64,000 bases of DNA from a virus: the IMG/VR virus record IMGVR_UViG_3300031132_000002. One strand, 5' to 3'. Below are positions 25,584 through 35,924 of the stretch, in pieces. Under the pieces are notes generated by a model, which saw only the letters and a list, made by a program, of their open reading frames with translations, ran no database searches and had not been told where the DNA came from. Made by a program: the position numbers and the translations under genes. The number at the start of each line of letters is the position of its first letter. The stretch's first letter is position 1.

Positions 25584-26148
25584 TATTATGAATCAGATTG
25601 AGGCTTACGAAGATCATATTTTAAATAGCATCGGTGTTTTTGTAAAGACCGTGCTGGGGCTTCCGGTATATTTGAAAGATAAACCTTTCATTGCACCAGA
25701 GAATCCCTATGTAACACTCCGTGTCATCACTTCCGATAACTCGGGAGGTTGGGGCCAGAGGAACAAATTAGAAAATGAAATGTTCTCTTACTTCAACGAT
25801 AACACATACACGATTGAGATTATGGTGTATCGTGGCAGACCAATGGCTGCACTATCATATCTTATGTCGGCATTCAACAGTTTAGACGAGTTGAAATACC
25901 AAACAATGTATTCAAAAGGCGTTTCTTATTTATCGTCTTCTGATATCTCACAAGCAAATACTATTTTGGACGGAGATAAGACTCAGCTAAGAGCAAGAGC
26001 TATCTTCACATTCAATACCAGAATGCTTGTAGAGGACATTCCTACTACACCGATTGAGAGAGTATCACACTCAATCCATAGTTACAAAGGAACGTATGCA
26101 GATCCAGATCCTCTGTTAATCGATCATACCTTCGTCTACGTAACCTAA
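25564..26148 (+). CDS. tail terminator/neck protein
   Basis: Position just before the sheath gene; PENPYVTL. Confidence 0.6.
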   Translation: MEETLANIMNQIEAYEDHILNSIGVFVKTVLGLPVYLKDKPFIAPENPYVTLRVITSDNSGGWGQRNKLENEMFSYFNDNTYTIEIMVYRGRPMAALSYLMSAFNSLDELKYQTMYSKGVSYLSSSDISQANTILDGDKTQLRARAIFTFNTRMLVEDIPTTPIERVSHSIHSYKGTYADPDPLLIDHTFVYVT

Positions 26149-26191
26149 CCCAATCCCTATGGATATAGCTATAACCTAATCAGGAGCACAA

Positions 26192-27610
26192 ATGGCAACT
26201 TTTCGTGATAAGGTAGTTACCGTAACTCTAAACTACGGCGCTACAGCAATTAACGAAACTCAGTTTGACATTCCTCTGATTCTTGTAGGACATAACGTTA
26301 CCTCAGACGTTACTAACACCTACACGTCTACAGATGCAATGGTATCGGCTGGTTTCTCTGTAAACAGCGCAGCCTACAAAATGGCTAAATTACTTTTCGA
26401 TGGACTTTATGCTCCTGAAAGAGTGATTGTCGGTAAGCGTGATATTACCGCAACAGACTTCACAGTTGGTGAACTTGAAGATGGTGGAGTATATGCTATC
26501 ACCCTCAGACAAGGCAAGACTTCAAAGACCTTTAGCTACAAAGCAACAGACAACGCTACTGTTCAGGAAGTCAACGAAGGCGTAGCAAAACTGATTCAAT
26601 CAGACGCTACCTGGAGTGCCAAGATCACTGTAGAAGGTACTGAAACACAGATTCTGTTCTCTCCTGTTTCAGGTCAGAATATTACTGTCGAAGGATCTGA
26701 TAACTTTGTCGAGAAAGTTCAGTTTGCTCAAAGCGTACTGGAAGATATCACAAAAGTGGCAGAAGAAGATAGTTCATTCTTCTACGTCCTATCTGAATCT
26801 CACGCAAGTGCAGATGTTCTGGCTCTGGCTGGATGGGTAGAAGAACACGACAAGATTTATTTCTTCTCAAGTCAAGACACAGATATTGCAGATGATGTTG
26901 AAGGAAACCTGCTGGTTACTCTAGGTGACACAGGCTACAATAACACAAGCCTTGCTCTGTGGACAAGCACCGCTGATAGCACCTTCCCTGAGGCTGGAGT
27001 CGTTGGTAGCATTTGTTCTGCACAGCCAGGTACAACTCCGCTGCACGGTAAAACCCTTGTCGGTGTTACACTGGAGAAACTTAGCACAGATCGTGAGTCT
27101 AAGATCGTAGCTAACAACGGAAACATCTACCGTAAAGAACACGGACTTCTATTCTACCGCGATGGATTTATGGTGTCAGGACTGTTTGCAGACTACATCA
27201 TTCACGCACTGTGGTTCAAGGCCCGTCTGGATGAATCTCTGTTCACCCTGTTCAAGCAGCAGTCTATGCTAGGTGGTGGTGTTCGTGCAACAAGTTCTGG
27301 TATTGCTCTGATTCGTCAGGCAGTGACAGCTAACCCGATTCAGGTCGGTATCTCTAACGGTACGATTGCAAACGAAGTTGTTACTTCAAGCGATACAGGA
27401 ATGTATGTCAGCCTGAAACCAACTGTTTACATCCCATCTCGTGCGGATATGACTACTGCTCAGATCAACCAACGTCTCGTTGATGGTATGATTGTTGAGT
27501 ATGTATACGCTGGATTCTTCCACTACGTGAAAGTGCAGGTGAACGTTCTGACCAACAGAACTGGAACCACAAGCTCTGCTTCAAGCTCAGTAAGCACAAC
27601 ATCATCATAA
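26192..27610 (+). CDS. tail sheath protein
   Basis: 472 aa; HGKTLVGV, GLFADYIIHALWF and YAGFFHYVKV sheath motifs. Confidence 0.88.
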   Translation: MATFRDKVVTVTLNYGATAINETQFDIPLILVGHNVTSDVTNTYTSTDAMVSAGFSVNSAAYKMAKLLFDGLYAPERVIVGKRDITATDFTVGELEDGGVYAITLRQGKTSKTFSYKATDNATVQEVNEGVAKLIQSDATWSAKITVEGTETQILFSPVSGQNITVEGSDNFVEKVQFAQSVLEDITKVAEEDSSFFYVLSESHASADVLALAGWVEEHDKIYFFSSQDTDIADDVEGNLLVTLGDTGYNNTSLALWTSTADSTFPEAGVVGSICSAQPGTTPLHGKTLVGVTLEKLSTDRESKIVANNGNIYRKEHGLLFYRDGFMVSGLFADYIIHALWFKARLDESLFTLFKQQSMLGGGVRATSSGIALIRQAVTANPIQVGISNGTIANEVVTSSDTGMYVSLKPTVYIPSRADMTTAQINQRLVDGMIVEYVYAGFFHYVKVQVNVLTNRTGTTSSASSSVSTTSS

Positions 27611-27647
27611 TTGAAGGGCTTCGGCCCTTCCTTAAAAAGGAATACAA

Positions 27648-28127
27648 ATGGATAAGATGCTAACTGGTGTAATGGCCTATGATCCATCTAACATCACGCT
27701 ATCTCTTGGTGGATGGGAACCTTACGGGTTTGCCTCTGACACTAAAATCGTTATCAGTAAATCTAACGATATCATCAACCCTTATGGCGGTACAGACGGA
27801 GACGTGTCACTTGCTCTGAGTCGTAATCGTATGGGTACAATGACAATCTCCCTACAGAGAACCTCTGAGGCTAACGAAGTTCTTTCAACTTACGCTCAGA
27901 CAATGTACTCTACTCGGCAGGTTGCCTTCCCTGTTTATCTGGAAGATCCACGCGGATATTACATCAGCACGATTGGATGGATTCAGTCACAGCCAGACGA
28001 CACAATGGGTGACACAATCACTACAAACGATTGGGTTATTGGATTGAAAGATGCTTCCCTGCTTCGCAACACTGCAACGCTAGGTTTGAGTGTCCTGAAC
28101 TCAATTACTGCCCTGACAATCGCATAA
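27648..28127 (+). CDS. tail tube protein
   Basis: Follows the sheath gene; YDPS...GF...GTDGD...GTMTISLQRTS. Confidence 0.85.
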   Translation: MDKMLTGVMAYDPSNITLSLGGWEPYGFASDTKIVISKSNDIINPYGGTDGDVSLALSRNRMGTMTISLQRTSEANEVLSTYAQTMYSTRQVAFPVYLEDPRGYYISTIGWIQSQPDDTMGDTITTNDWVIGLKDASLLRNTATLGLSVLNSITALTIA

Positions 28128-28201
28128 AAAGATTGACTTTAATTTCCATCTGGGGTAACATATCGTTGTTACCCCTTTTTTATTAACTAGAGAAAATAAA
28201 T

Positions 28202-28681
28202 ATGCAAGAACAAGAAAATGTCATCGCACAATACGCGAAACCAGAAGTTAAAGTGGAACTGGAACTTGATACAGGTCGTAAAGTAGGATTCAGGATCATT
28301 CGTTGGAAACCTTCCAAAGTATTTGACCGCATCCCTGAATACGGCAGCATCTTCGCAGTTCCTATGGTGATGTATGGTACAGCCGAAGAACTTGCAGGAG
28401 AAGACTACGAGCAGAAGATTGCTATGTCTCTTATCCAACTATTCTCTGGACTTGATCAACGTGTCCTGTCTGACCTTCTGAAAGATATCTTAGACGAAAC
28501 TTACACAGAAGACAATATCTCCGTAGTCGAAAAGTTTGAAGAGTTATTTATGTTACACCCCTACCTTGTAGTTGATTTAGCAGCAAAGGTGCTTGAGGTG
28601 AACTATGGCCCTTTTTTCAAACGCGGTTTCGGAAAACTGTTGACCCAATTTCAAAGCGTACAGACGCTGAACAACAGCTAA
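28202..28681 (+). CDS. tail assembly chaperone (gpG-like)
   Basis: Between tube and tape measure genes; slippery site near the 3' end. Confidence 0.8.
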   Translation: MQEQENVIAQYAKPEVKVELELDTGRKVGFRIIRWKPSKVFDRIPEYGSIFAVPMVMYGTAEELAGEDYEQKIAMSLIQLFSGLDQRVLSDLLKDILDETYTEDNISVVEKFEELFMLHPYLVVDLAAKVLEVNYGPFFKRGFGKLLTQFQSVQTLNNS

Positions 28682-28929
28682 ATCCCACTATAGCCAAGGC
28701 TATTGAGATTGCCCAAGAAACTGCGAGTTTCCGGTGGTGGGACTACCTAATCTACAGAATCACTACCAAAACGTCAGAAACACTTTATTCCTTGGACAAG
28801 TATAATATTGATTACTTGCTCAAGCAAGCGGAGATCATTGACCACGAAGACTATGTACGTGCATTGCACAGAAAGGATTCGGATCAGAAAGACGAGATGC
28901 GCCGTAAGTGGGAGACATTCAAGAAATAA
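28609..28929 (+). CDS. -1 frameshift extension of the tail chaperone (gpGT-like)
   Basis: C CCT TTT TTC slippery run at 28609-28618; -1 frame open to TAA 28927-28929 with no early start codon. Confidence 0.75.
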   Translation, partial: PFFQTRFRKTVDPISKRTDAEQQLNPTIAKAIEIAQETASFRWWDYLIYRITTKTSETLYSLDKYNIDYLLKQAEIIDHEDYVRALHRKDSDQKDEMRRKWETFKK

Positions 28930-28966
28930 TATATGCCCTTGCTAGCCAAGGACTTTGCGAGGTAAA

Positions 28967-30946
28967 ATGGCGGGATCGTCGTTAAATACACAGAAGCTAA
29001 CAAACGTTGTAGATTTTAAGGTAGACAAGAGATCTTTCAACGCAGCAAAGAAATCACTTGAAGATTTGAAGAAATTCTCTGAGGGAATTAAACCTTCTCT
29101 TAAGATGACACAAACCAAGAAAGATTTCAAGGAAATGGAAAAGTACGCCAAGAGCATCGCTAAGCATATGAATGATGCACGTAAAGGTGGCCCAAGACCT
29201 CCTGTACCTCCAACTCCCCCTCCAGCAGGAGGCGGTGGTCGTGGAGGAAGACGTGGTGGCGGTGCCGGAGGCGGTGGAAGAGGCGCAGGCGGTGGTCGTG
29301 GTGGAGCATCAGGAACACGAGCAGAAACAGCCCAGCTAAGACGCGAAAACTTTAACTTCCGTTCTGGTCAATTAGGCAATGTCAGTAGAGCAGGACGAGA
29401 GAGCGCTACTCGTGCAGTCGAAGATGTAACTAAGGCATTTGAAGAACAGCGTGTTAGTGCTTCAAAAATGAACCAGGTTATTGCTCATCAACTTTCTATT
29501 CTTCGTCAAGAGAACCGTGCAGCAAGAGAACGTTTGGAAATTGACAGAAGACAAATGCGCCAAGCGGAAGCAGAGGCACATCGGGAAGACGCTCGTAGGG
29601 AAAGAGAGAGACGCCAACAAGCAGCAGAAGATAGACGCCAGCGTGAGAGGGATGAAAGAGATCGTCGCCGCCGTAGAGAAGAACGTAGGGATAGATTTAC
29701 TCGTGCAGGCTTAGGACTAAGCCCAGGTTTGCTTTTAGGTGGAGTAGCCGGAGCCGCAGCCCTACAAGGTATTTCTCGTATCAAAGGTAATTTATCAGAT
29801 TCTGCTGACAGGATCAACTATGTAGGACAAGCCGCCAAGAACATTGAGGTTAACCCTAACGTAATCCAGGCTCTCACCGCTTGGGGCCAGAATAACGGTG
29901 TTGACTCTGCAAATATGACCAAGAGTGTTGACCAGATCAAAGATATCCGCGAAAAACTTGCGTCCTCTGTAACCACATCCGAACTGAACAAGAAAGGAGA
30001 GTGGACAAAAGGTAACGCAGGTGTCAACGAGATTATGAACCAGTTTGGTTGGAACCTCGATGATATTAAATCTATGCAACACAACCCTATCGACTTCCTA
30101 CAATCTGTTGTTGGCGCTGGTCAACAGAAAGGCTTAAGTGATGGTCAGATCGGTAACTTGCTGGAAAACTTAGGTGATGACTTGTCTCACTTTGTTCGTG
30201 CGTTTAAAAACAACGGACAAGAGTTATTAGATTCTAGTGCAAGCCTCGTTAACTCTGGTTCAAACCTAACAGAAAGTCAAGTTGAGAATGCTCATAAGTA
30301 TGTTACTATGGGACAAACTATGGATAAAATCGAAGAGGGACTTAGCAATAAATTCTTAGACGGTTTTGTTGGTAGCCTAGATCCTAAAGTGATGGACGAG
30401 TTCCAGCAGCATATCAAAAACCTTGGGCCTGCGATTGACGGATTAGGTAAGTGGATTGGAGATGTTGTAAACTACGGTACTCAATTCTCTAACTGGTTAT
30501 CTACCTTTAACGAAAGGTTCAACTTTAACGCTGATGGCACCCAGAAGACGCCAGGGCAGATTTACGGTACTGATCCTCGTCCTAGTACAGGCAATGCTAT
30601 TGCAGACGCCTACGGTACTGGTATGGGGGATGGTAGTGCTTCCTTCCTGCAACGTTGGGCTAACAACTTCGGTTGGGTAGATCCTGTTGGCTTAGGTAAT
30701 GCTCCAATCTCAGATATCGGTCAAGGATATAAGTATGGTTCATTGAATCAATCTGTATCTCAGCAACAGCAATCTGTGAATGGCGGCGGTGCTCCTATCA
30801 TTAATATTCCTTCGGATATTATTCGTGTGGAAGTAACGCCTAGCTCTACCTTCGGTGATATCCTGGATGTAAGAATTCAGGACAGTCAGAGATTTAACCA
30901 CAACTCTCTGATTCGGGATATTTCGTCTTCTAACAGCAGCAACTAA
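28967..30946 (+). CDS. tape measure protein
   Basis: About 660 aa after the chaperones; helical, with Gly-rich and Arg/Glu-rich tracts. Confidence 0.85.
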   Translation: MAGSSLNTQKLTNVVDFKVDKRSFNAAKKSLEDLKKFSEGIKPSLKMTQTKKDFKEMEKYAKSIAKHMNDARKGGPRPPVPPTPPPAGGGGRGGRRGGGAGGGGRGAGGGRGGASGTRAETAQLRRENFNFRSGQLGNVSRAGRESATRAVEDVTKAFEEQRVSASKMNQVIAHQLSILRQENRAARERLEIDRRQMRQAEAEAHREDARRERERRQQAAEDRRQRERDERDRRRRREERRDRFTRAGLGLSPGLLLGGVAGAAALQGISRIKGNLSDSADRINYVGQAAKNIEVNPNVIQALTAWGQNNGVDSANMTKSVDQIKDIREKLASSVTTSELNKKGEWTKGNAGVNEIMNQFGWNLDDIKSMQHNPIDFLQSVVGAGQQKGLSDGQIGNLLENLGDDLSHFVRAFKNNGQELLDSSASLVNSGSNLTESQVENAHKYVTMGQTMDKIEEGLSNKFLDGFVGSLDPKVMDEFQQHIKNLGPAIDGLGKWIGDVVNYGTQFSNWLSTFNERFNFNADGTQKTPGQIYGTDPRPSTGNAIADAYGTGMGDGSASFLQRWANNFGWVDPVGLGNAPISDIGQGYKYGSLNQSVSQQQQSVNGGGAPIINIPSDIIRVEVTPSSTFGDILDVRIQDSQRFNHNSLIRDISSSNSSN

Positions 30947-31093
30947 TAACAATCCCCTTCTCTTCGGAGTTGGGGATTTTTTATTATCCTTTGACTAGGG
31001 AAGGTATTTATGATATCATAGATCCCCCGAAAGTTCTTTACTTTTTATCACTAAAGTGGTATCATAAAAGATAGGACTATAGGAGGACGCCTA

Positions 31094-31837
31094 ATGGCAG
31101 CACCAATTACGCAAGCAGTGGGAACACCAACTAACGCTAATAAGTCTGTTAACAGCCGTACAAATGTCAACTCAAACTCTTCTCTTAAGGCAGAGAATGG
31201 CTTTTGTGTTTTGGCTAGTTTATACAATACAGCAAGCGACAGTTTCATTCAAAATTATCAGGCTATTGTTTTTGACGCAACAACTAACACTAGCATTAAT
31301 CATCAAGCGGAAGTATCTTCTTACGCGATTGAGGCAAGCAGTCAAACGAGCAGTAGTAACTCAAACACGAGTCAAGACAACTCAAAAAGCAGTGAAGTTA
31401 GTGATCATATCCAGATCAAGAACACCAAGATTGATATCTCTGGAATCATCAGTGAAACACCTATCCAGCTAAAGAAAGACCTTCTTTACAGTGGAGAACC
31501 TAAGGGTGACAGGGTTAGCCAGGCAATCACATATCTTACAAAGATTATGCAAGCTAGGCAACCGATCACTCTCATCACAGAGCACAAGGTTTTTAAAGAT
31601 TGTGTTTTGATTGGTATAGATTACAACTATAAATCTGAATATGCAATGCAATTCGATTTGAACTTTGAGCAAATCAGATTAGTCAAGGGAGCGACAGTTA
31701 ACGCAATCGCAGTTAAGACAGCTTCTACTTTGAACACAGGTAAGCAGGTTAAGAAAGCTGTTTACAAGCCTACTAGTGCAGATCTGGAACAACGTATTCA
31801 GAATCAGGCTGGTGGAGTAAATAACAAGACGGGGTAA
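31094..31837 (+). CDS. baseplate/tube initiator (Dit-like) protein
   Basis: VSSYAIE...VSDHI...ISGIISETP...FEQIRLV. Confidence 0.7.
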   Translation: MAAPITQAVGTPTNANKSVNSRTNVNSNSSLKAENGFCVLASLYNTASDSFIQNYQAIVFDATTNTSINHQAEVSSYAIEASSQTSSSNSNTSQDNSKSSEVSDHIQIKNTKIDISGIISETPIQLKKDLLYSGEPKGDRVSQAITYLTKIMQARQPITLITEHKVFKDCVLIGIDYNYKSEYAMQFDLNFEQIRLVKGATVNAIAVKTASTLNTGKQVKKAVYKPTSADLEQRIQNQAGGVNNKTG

Positions 31838-31839
31838 TA

Positions 31840-32274
31840 ATGGCAATTTCAAATAACATTACATCGTTTGCAGAAACAACCAGAGCAGATACCGGAAACA
31901 AAGGATACGATAATGTATTCATCGATTCCGAGATGGGATATACGGCTTGGGCCTTACAAACACTTCAACATACGGATCACACTTATACAGTTACGCTGGA
32001 TGGTGTTGACTATGACATTCGTATTCGTTGGAACACCCGAGATGAATCCTGGCAACTGTTCTTTGGCCCTTCTGGTGACGAAGCAGTTATCACATTCAAA
32101 GCCACAAACGGATTAGATCTTCTTGCCCCTTACAAATACCTTGAAGGAGTGCCAGATGGTCAACTCTACTTGGTAGACACAGTTAAAATCAATGGACGCC
32201 CAGACTTTTACGGTACGGGGATCGATATGAGATTTTGTCTTATGTACATTGATGCGGTACAGGATCAAGACTAA
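31840..32274 (+). CDS. baseplate protein
   Basis: VTLDGVDYDIRIRWNTRDESW. Confidence 0.65.
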   Translation: MAISNNITSFAETTRADTGNKGYDNVFIDSEMGYTAWALQTLQHTDHTYTVTLDGVDYDIRIRWNTRDESWQLFFGPSGDEAVITFKATNGLDLLAPYKYLEGVPDGQLYLVDTVKINGRPDFYGTGIDMRFCLMYIDAVQDQD

Positions 32275-33287
32275 TGCCGGATATTAAAACTAACGCTGTT
32301 GCTAACTTAAATCACAGTTATAAACTCCTGATTGGTCAAGCAACAGATACAGCTAAAAAGACAAACGCCAACGGTACGTTTACTTCTAAGATCGATCTAG
32401 ATACTAAACTAGCATCAACTAAGAAGTCAAGTGGAACGTTGAAGTTACTCACAGAACATCAGATCACTTTTAACGTTAAGAAAGATAATAATAAAGATCC
32501 TAATAAGGCATCAATTATTATTTACAACTTATCTGACGACACAGTGAACTACATCAACAACAGCATCCGTAACAACTTAGCAGTGGCATTGGCTGTAGGT
32601 TATCAAGGACAAGAAGAAGTGCTGATCTTTATCGGCACTGTCCAGTGGGTAAGTGATGTATGGAAAGGAACGGATAGACTGACAGAGCTACACTGTGTAG
32701 ACGGCGGTATTAACATTTCTTTGGCAAACACAAGCCGTAGTTATCCGAAAGGAACTAAGATTTCAAAAGTCATTAAAGATATTGCCGGAGACTTGGGTAC
32801 AAACTCAGGTAACTTGAGCATCGATAGTGACGCTGCGATTTCTAGTGCGAGTCATATGTGTGGTAACTCTTCCGAATATCTGGAGAGCTTATGCAAGAGC
32901 ATTGACCACAACGTATCGATCCAAGATGGATCTGTTTATATCACACCACGTTCTCAGCGACAAGAGAAAAGAAGTGCATACATCAGCCCAGACACAGGAT
33001 TGATCGGAAGTCCTCAGCCTTTCCACAACGATATCAAACCAACTAAGAAAGTAACCAAAAGCACTTCGAAGAAAGCTAAAAAGCCAACTGACGGTGTTAC
33101 TTTCAAATGCCAGATTAACGGTAATATTCTGCCCGAGAAAACAGTATACCTAAAGTCCAGAAGTTATGACGGATATTTTAAAGTGGTTACGGTAACTCAC
33201 TCAGGAGACTACGAAGGTAAGGATTGGATCTCCGAAGTTGAGGCAGTCTCTGTTTCTGGTATCATCAATAAATCTACAACGGGGTAA
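32274..33287 (+). CDS. baseplate hub protein
   Basis: PNKASIIIYNLS, SIQDG, ISPDTGLIGSP and HSGD motifs. Confidence 0.78.
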   Translation: MPDIKTNAVANLNHSYKLLIGQATDTAKKTNANGTFTSKIDLDTKLASTKKSSGTLKLLTEHQITFNVKKDNNKDPNKASIIIYNLSDDTVNYINNSIRNNLAVALAVGYQGQEEVLIFIGTVQWVSDVWKGTDRLTELHCVDGGINISLANTSRSYPKGTKISKVIKDIAGDLGTNSGNLSIDSDAAISSASHMCGNSSEYLESLCKSIDHNVSIQDGSVYITPRSQRQEKRSAYISPDTGLIGSPQPFHNDIKPTKKVTKSTSKKAKKPTDGVTFKCQINGNILPEKTVYLKSRSYDGYFKVVTVTHSGDYEGKDWISEVEAVSVSGIINKSTTG

Positions 33288-33290
33288 TAG

Positions 33291-34022
33291 ATGGATTCTC
33301 TAAACATCGTTACAGCTTTGCGTGGATTGATTAAGAACCAAATCTCTGAGGTGCATACGTCTCTGCCTGTACGTGTTACAGGCGTTGACTATGACGCTAA
33401 AACAGTGGTACTTGAGTCGGTTGTGAAAAATACAAAAGACTCAGAAAACGAGATCAACTATCCTACCTTTTACGATGTGCCAATGGCAATCAACGGAGGA
33501 GGAACAGGACGAATTTCTTTTCCCACGAAAGCTGGAGATGTTGGAGTTTTAATCTTCTCTGAAAGAGATCCATCTAACGCATTGCAAACAGACGGGAGCA
33601 CGGCTTCCAGTGCAACACTAAATCAACCTTGTGGATTATATCCTGTAGCCTTCATCCCAAAAATTACTATGGGAGGAGACTCAACCGAGAGTGTTGATCC
33701 AGATAAAGTTGTACTTAGCAATAACAAACAAAGTTATGTTTCACTTTCACCCGATGGTGAGATTGAAGCGAGGAATGCTCAAGGAATGCTGGTAAGAGTT
33801 GACTCCTCAGGTATTCACTTAACAGATGGTGTCGGTACGCTAGATCTGGCTGGTGGTAATCTAACCTTTAAAGGTGGAACCGCCAATATTAATGGTATGA
33901 CTGTTGACTCAGCAGGTAACGTTAAAGATGCTAACGGCATTGGCTTGAATACGCATACTCACCCTGTAACAGGAGTGCAGACAGGAAGTAGCACAATCGA
34001 TACTAACACAGCACAAGGATAA
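33291..34022 (+). CDS. baseplate central spike
   Basis: N-terminal OB-like region (ISFPTKAGD); C-terminal HTH (His-x-His) iron-binding apex. Confidence 0.82.
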   Translation: MDSLNIVTALRGLIKNQISEVHTSLPVRVTGVDYDAKTVVLESVVKNTKDSENEINYPTFYDVPMAINGGGTGRISFPTKAGDVGVLIFSERDPSNALQTDGSTASSATLNQPCGLYPVAFIPKITMGGDSTESVDPDKVVLSNNKQSYVSLSPDGEIEARNAQGMLVRVDSSGIHLTDGVGTLDLAGGNLTFKGGTANINGMTVDSAGNVKDANGIGLNTHTHPVTGVQTGSSTIDTNTAQG

Positions 34023-34028
34023 TCATCA

Positions 34029-34646
34029 ATGGGGATTGCCTTCGATTTAAAGTTAGATACTTCTAACGATATTACAATTGGAGACGATGGTGATTTAGTA
34101 CTGACGACAAAAAGATCCGAGATGTGTATACAGACACTGAGCATCACCTTGAATACGTTTCAGGGTGAATGGTTTCTGAATACAAACTTCGGTATTCCAT
34201 ATATTCAGCAGATTATTGGTGTTGCTAGGAAGAAAGAGACCGTAGATAAGATCTTCCTTGCAGCCCTTGCAGAAAATACATATGTGGATGCTATCGTTAG
34301 CTATACATCATCTTTCGACAGAGATAACAGGTACTACAGTATCCAGGCAGCAGTTCAGGTCGCAGAGGAGGTGGTTTCAACAACCTTTAGCACCAGACCT
34401 TCTGATGAATACTATTACCCAACACCAAGCACAGAATCAACTGTTACTTGCTCCAAGTACACCTTGGAACCTTACGCAGGTGAGCTATACTACTTTGAGA
34501 ACATCGATGGTCTACCGTTCAATACCTACGCTACGTGGTGGAATGAGTGGTCAGGATCTGAGATCACTGAGATTGTATACGTTACTGACGAACAAGGTCA
34601 AGTGTTACTTACAAGTAGTGGTGCGAACTTGGAAATCACAAATTAA
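34029..34646 (+). CDS. baseplate wedge/sheath initiator
   Basis: LNTFQGEWFLNTNFGIPY motif, with C-terminal extension. Confidence 0.72.
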   Translation: MGIAFDLKLDTSNDITIGDDGDLVLTTKRSEMCIQTLSITLNTFQGEWFLNTNFGIPYIQQIIGVARKKETVDKIFLAALAENTYVDAIVSYTSSFDRDNRYYSIQAAVQVAEEVVSTTFSTRPSDEYYYPTPSTESTVTCSKYTLEPYAGELYYFENIDGLPFNTYATWWNEWSGSEITEIVYVTDEQGQVLLTSSGANLEITN

Positions 34647-34684
34647 TTAAGGGGGCTTGCCCCCTCTTTTAAAAGGAAGCTATA

Positions 34685-35635
34685 ATGGCCTCATCAGTAA
34701 GAATTTCACAACTACCAGAGTCAGGCAACTTAGCTGATACTGATTACCTGCTGGTAGAAAAGACAGACAGAACAACGAAGACAAGCATTGGTTATATGGT
34801 AACAAACTTGAAGCTGGCTAAGCTGACAGATTATAGTGCCAGTTCAGGAGCAGGGCTTGTGGGAACAACCGCAGGCGTGACTGTACAATCTGCTATCACC
34901 TCTTTACAAAGTGCAGACACAACACTGACAAACAGTATTTCTGCATTGACCACTAGAGTTAAGACAAATGAGACAGATATCTCATCGCTGAAAAGCAGCA
35001 CGTCCAGTAACTCAAGTTCTCTAAGTGAACTATCTAGTCGTGTAAGCAGTGCAGAGACTTCTATTACATCGCTTTCAGATACGAGTGTTCAGCAGGATTC
35101 AGATTTAGTGGCAATCAAGAGCAACATCTCAGGGCTTACATCCAAAACAGATCAAACTGATAGTGATGTTACTGCCGCAGTTGTTCGTATTAGTACATTA
35201 GAGTCTGGCCTGACTAATACAAATGATAATGTCGAGAATGTTACCACTAGCGTAACTGCCTTGCAAGACCGTTTTGTAGAAGTGCCGGAGATGATTGAGT
35301 ATAAGGTAACAGATACTGGTGGATATAAGATCTTCAAGAACGGAAGTATGCTTTCTTGGGGTAGAGTTGTCCCTACATCAGGGCAGACAGACGTAACCTT
35401 TACCAAGGCTTATTCTACAGCACCAAATGATATTCAGTTAACAACTGAAACAGGGAGCGGTGCCTCAAGCGGTGCAGTTCTGGCGACAACTATTCTTGTG
35501 ACCGATAGTGTTACAACAACAGGCTTCTCTGTTCGTTCTCTCCAGGTTGATTCAGGTACTGTAGGTAATTCTACTTCTCCTTTCCACTGGAGAGCAGAAT
35601 ACACGCCAACAGGTACGCTGATCCCTACAACATAA
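34685..35635 (+). CDS. tail fibre-like protein
   Basis: VRISQLP N-terminus; Ser/Thr heptad coiled coil; GYKIFKNGSMLSWG C-terminal fibre domain. Confidence 0.7.
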   Translation: MASSVRISQLPESGNLADTDYLLVEKTDRTTKTSIGYMVTNLKLAKLTDYSASSGAGLVGTTAGVTVQSAITSLQSADTTLTNSISALTTRVKTNETDISSLKSSTSSNSSSLSELSSRVSSAETSITSLSDTSVQQDSDLVAIKSNISGLTSKTDQTDSDVTAAVVRISTLESGLTNTNDNVENVTTSVTALQDRFVEVPEMIEYKVTDTGGYKIFKNGSMLSWGRVVPTSGQTDVTFTKAYSTAPNDIQLTTETGSGASSGAVLATTILVTDSVTTTGFSVRSLQVDSGTVGNSTSPFHWRAEYTPTGTLIPTT

Positions 35636-35681
35636 GGATTGACTTTTTAGGACAAGGATGTTATGATACAGGTTGACAATA

Positions 35682-35924
35682 ATGAAAAAGTTTTTTATCG
35701 GTATGTTTTGTACCTACCCTGGGAATAAGATCAGCAGCACTAAAGTCTGGAACTTTATTGGACTTTCAGTAATGACTGGAATGTTTATTTACTTGGGAAT
35801 CAAAAAGGACATTCCTGAATGGATGGGATGGACTTACGTATTTATGATTACTCCATCAAGGCTTATGAAAAATCTTATTGATCTACGTTGGGGTAGAGTA
35901 TCATCTTCTAAAGGAGAAGAATAA
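35682..35924 (+). CDS. small membrane protein (holin-like candidate)
   Basis: ISSTKVW followed by two hydrophobic segments; own TTGACT-17-TATGAT promoter. Confidence 0.5.
   Translation: MKKFFIGMFCTYPGNKISSTKVWNFIGLSVMTGMFIYLGIKKDIPEWMGWTYVFMITPSRLMKNLIDLRWGRVSSSKGEE

Noticed and set aside
29190-29700. Gly-rich and Arg/Glu-rich repeats
   Set aside because: Low-complexity coding sequence inside the tape measure gene; not a DNA repeat array or CRISPR.
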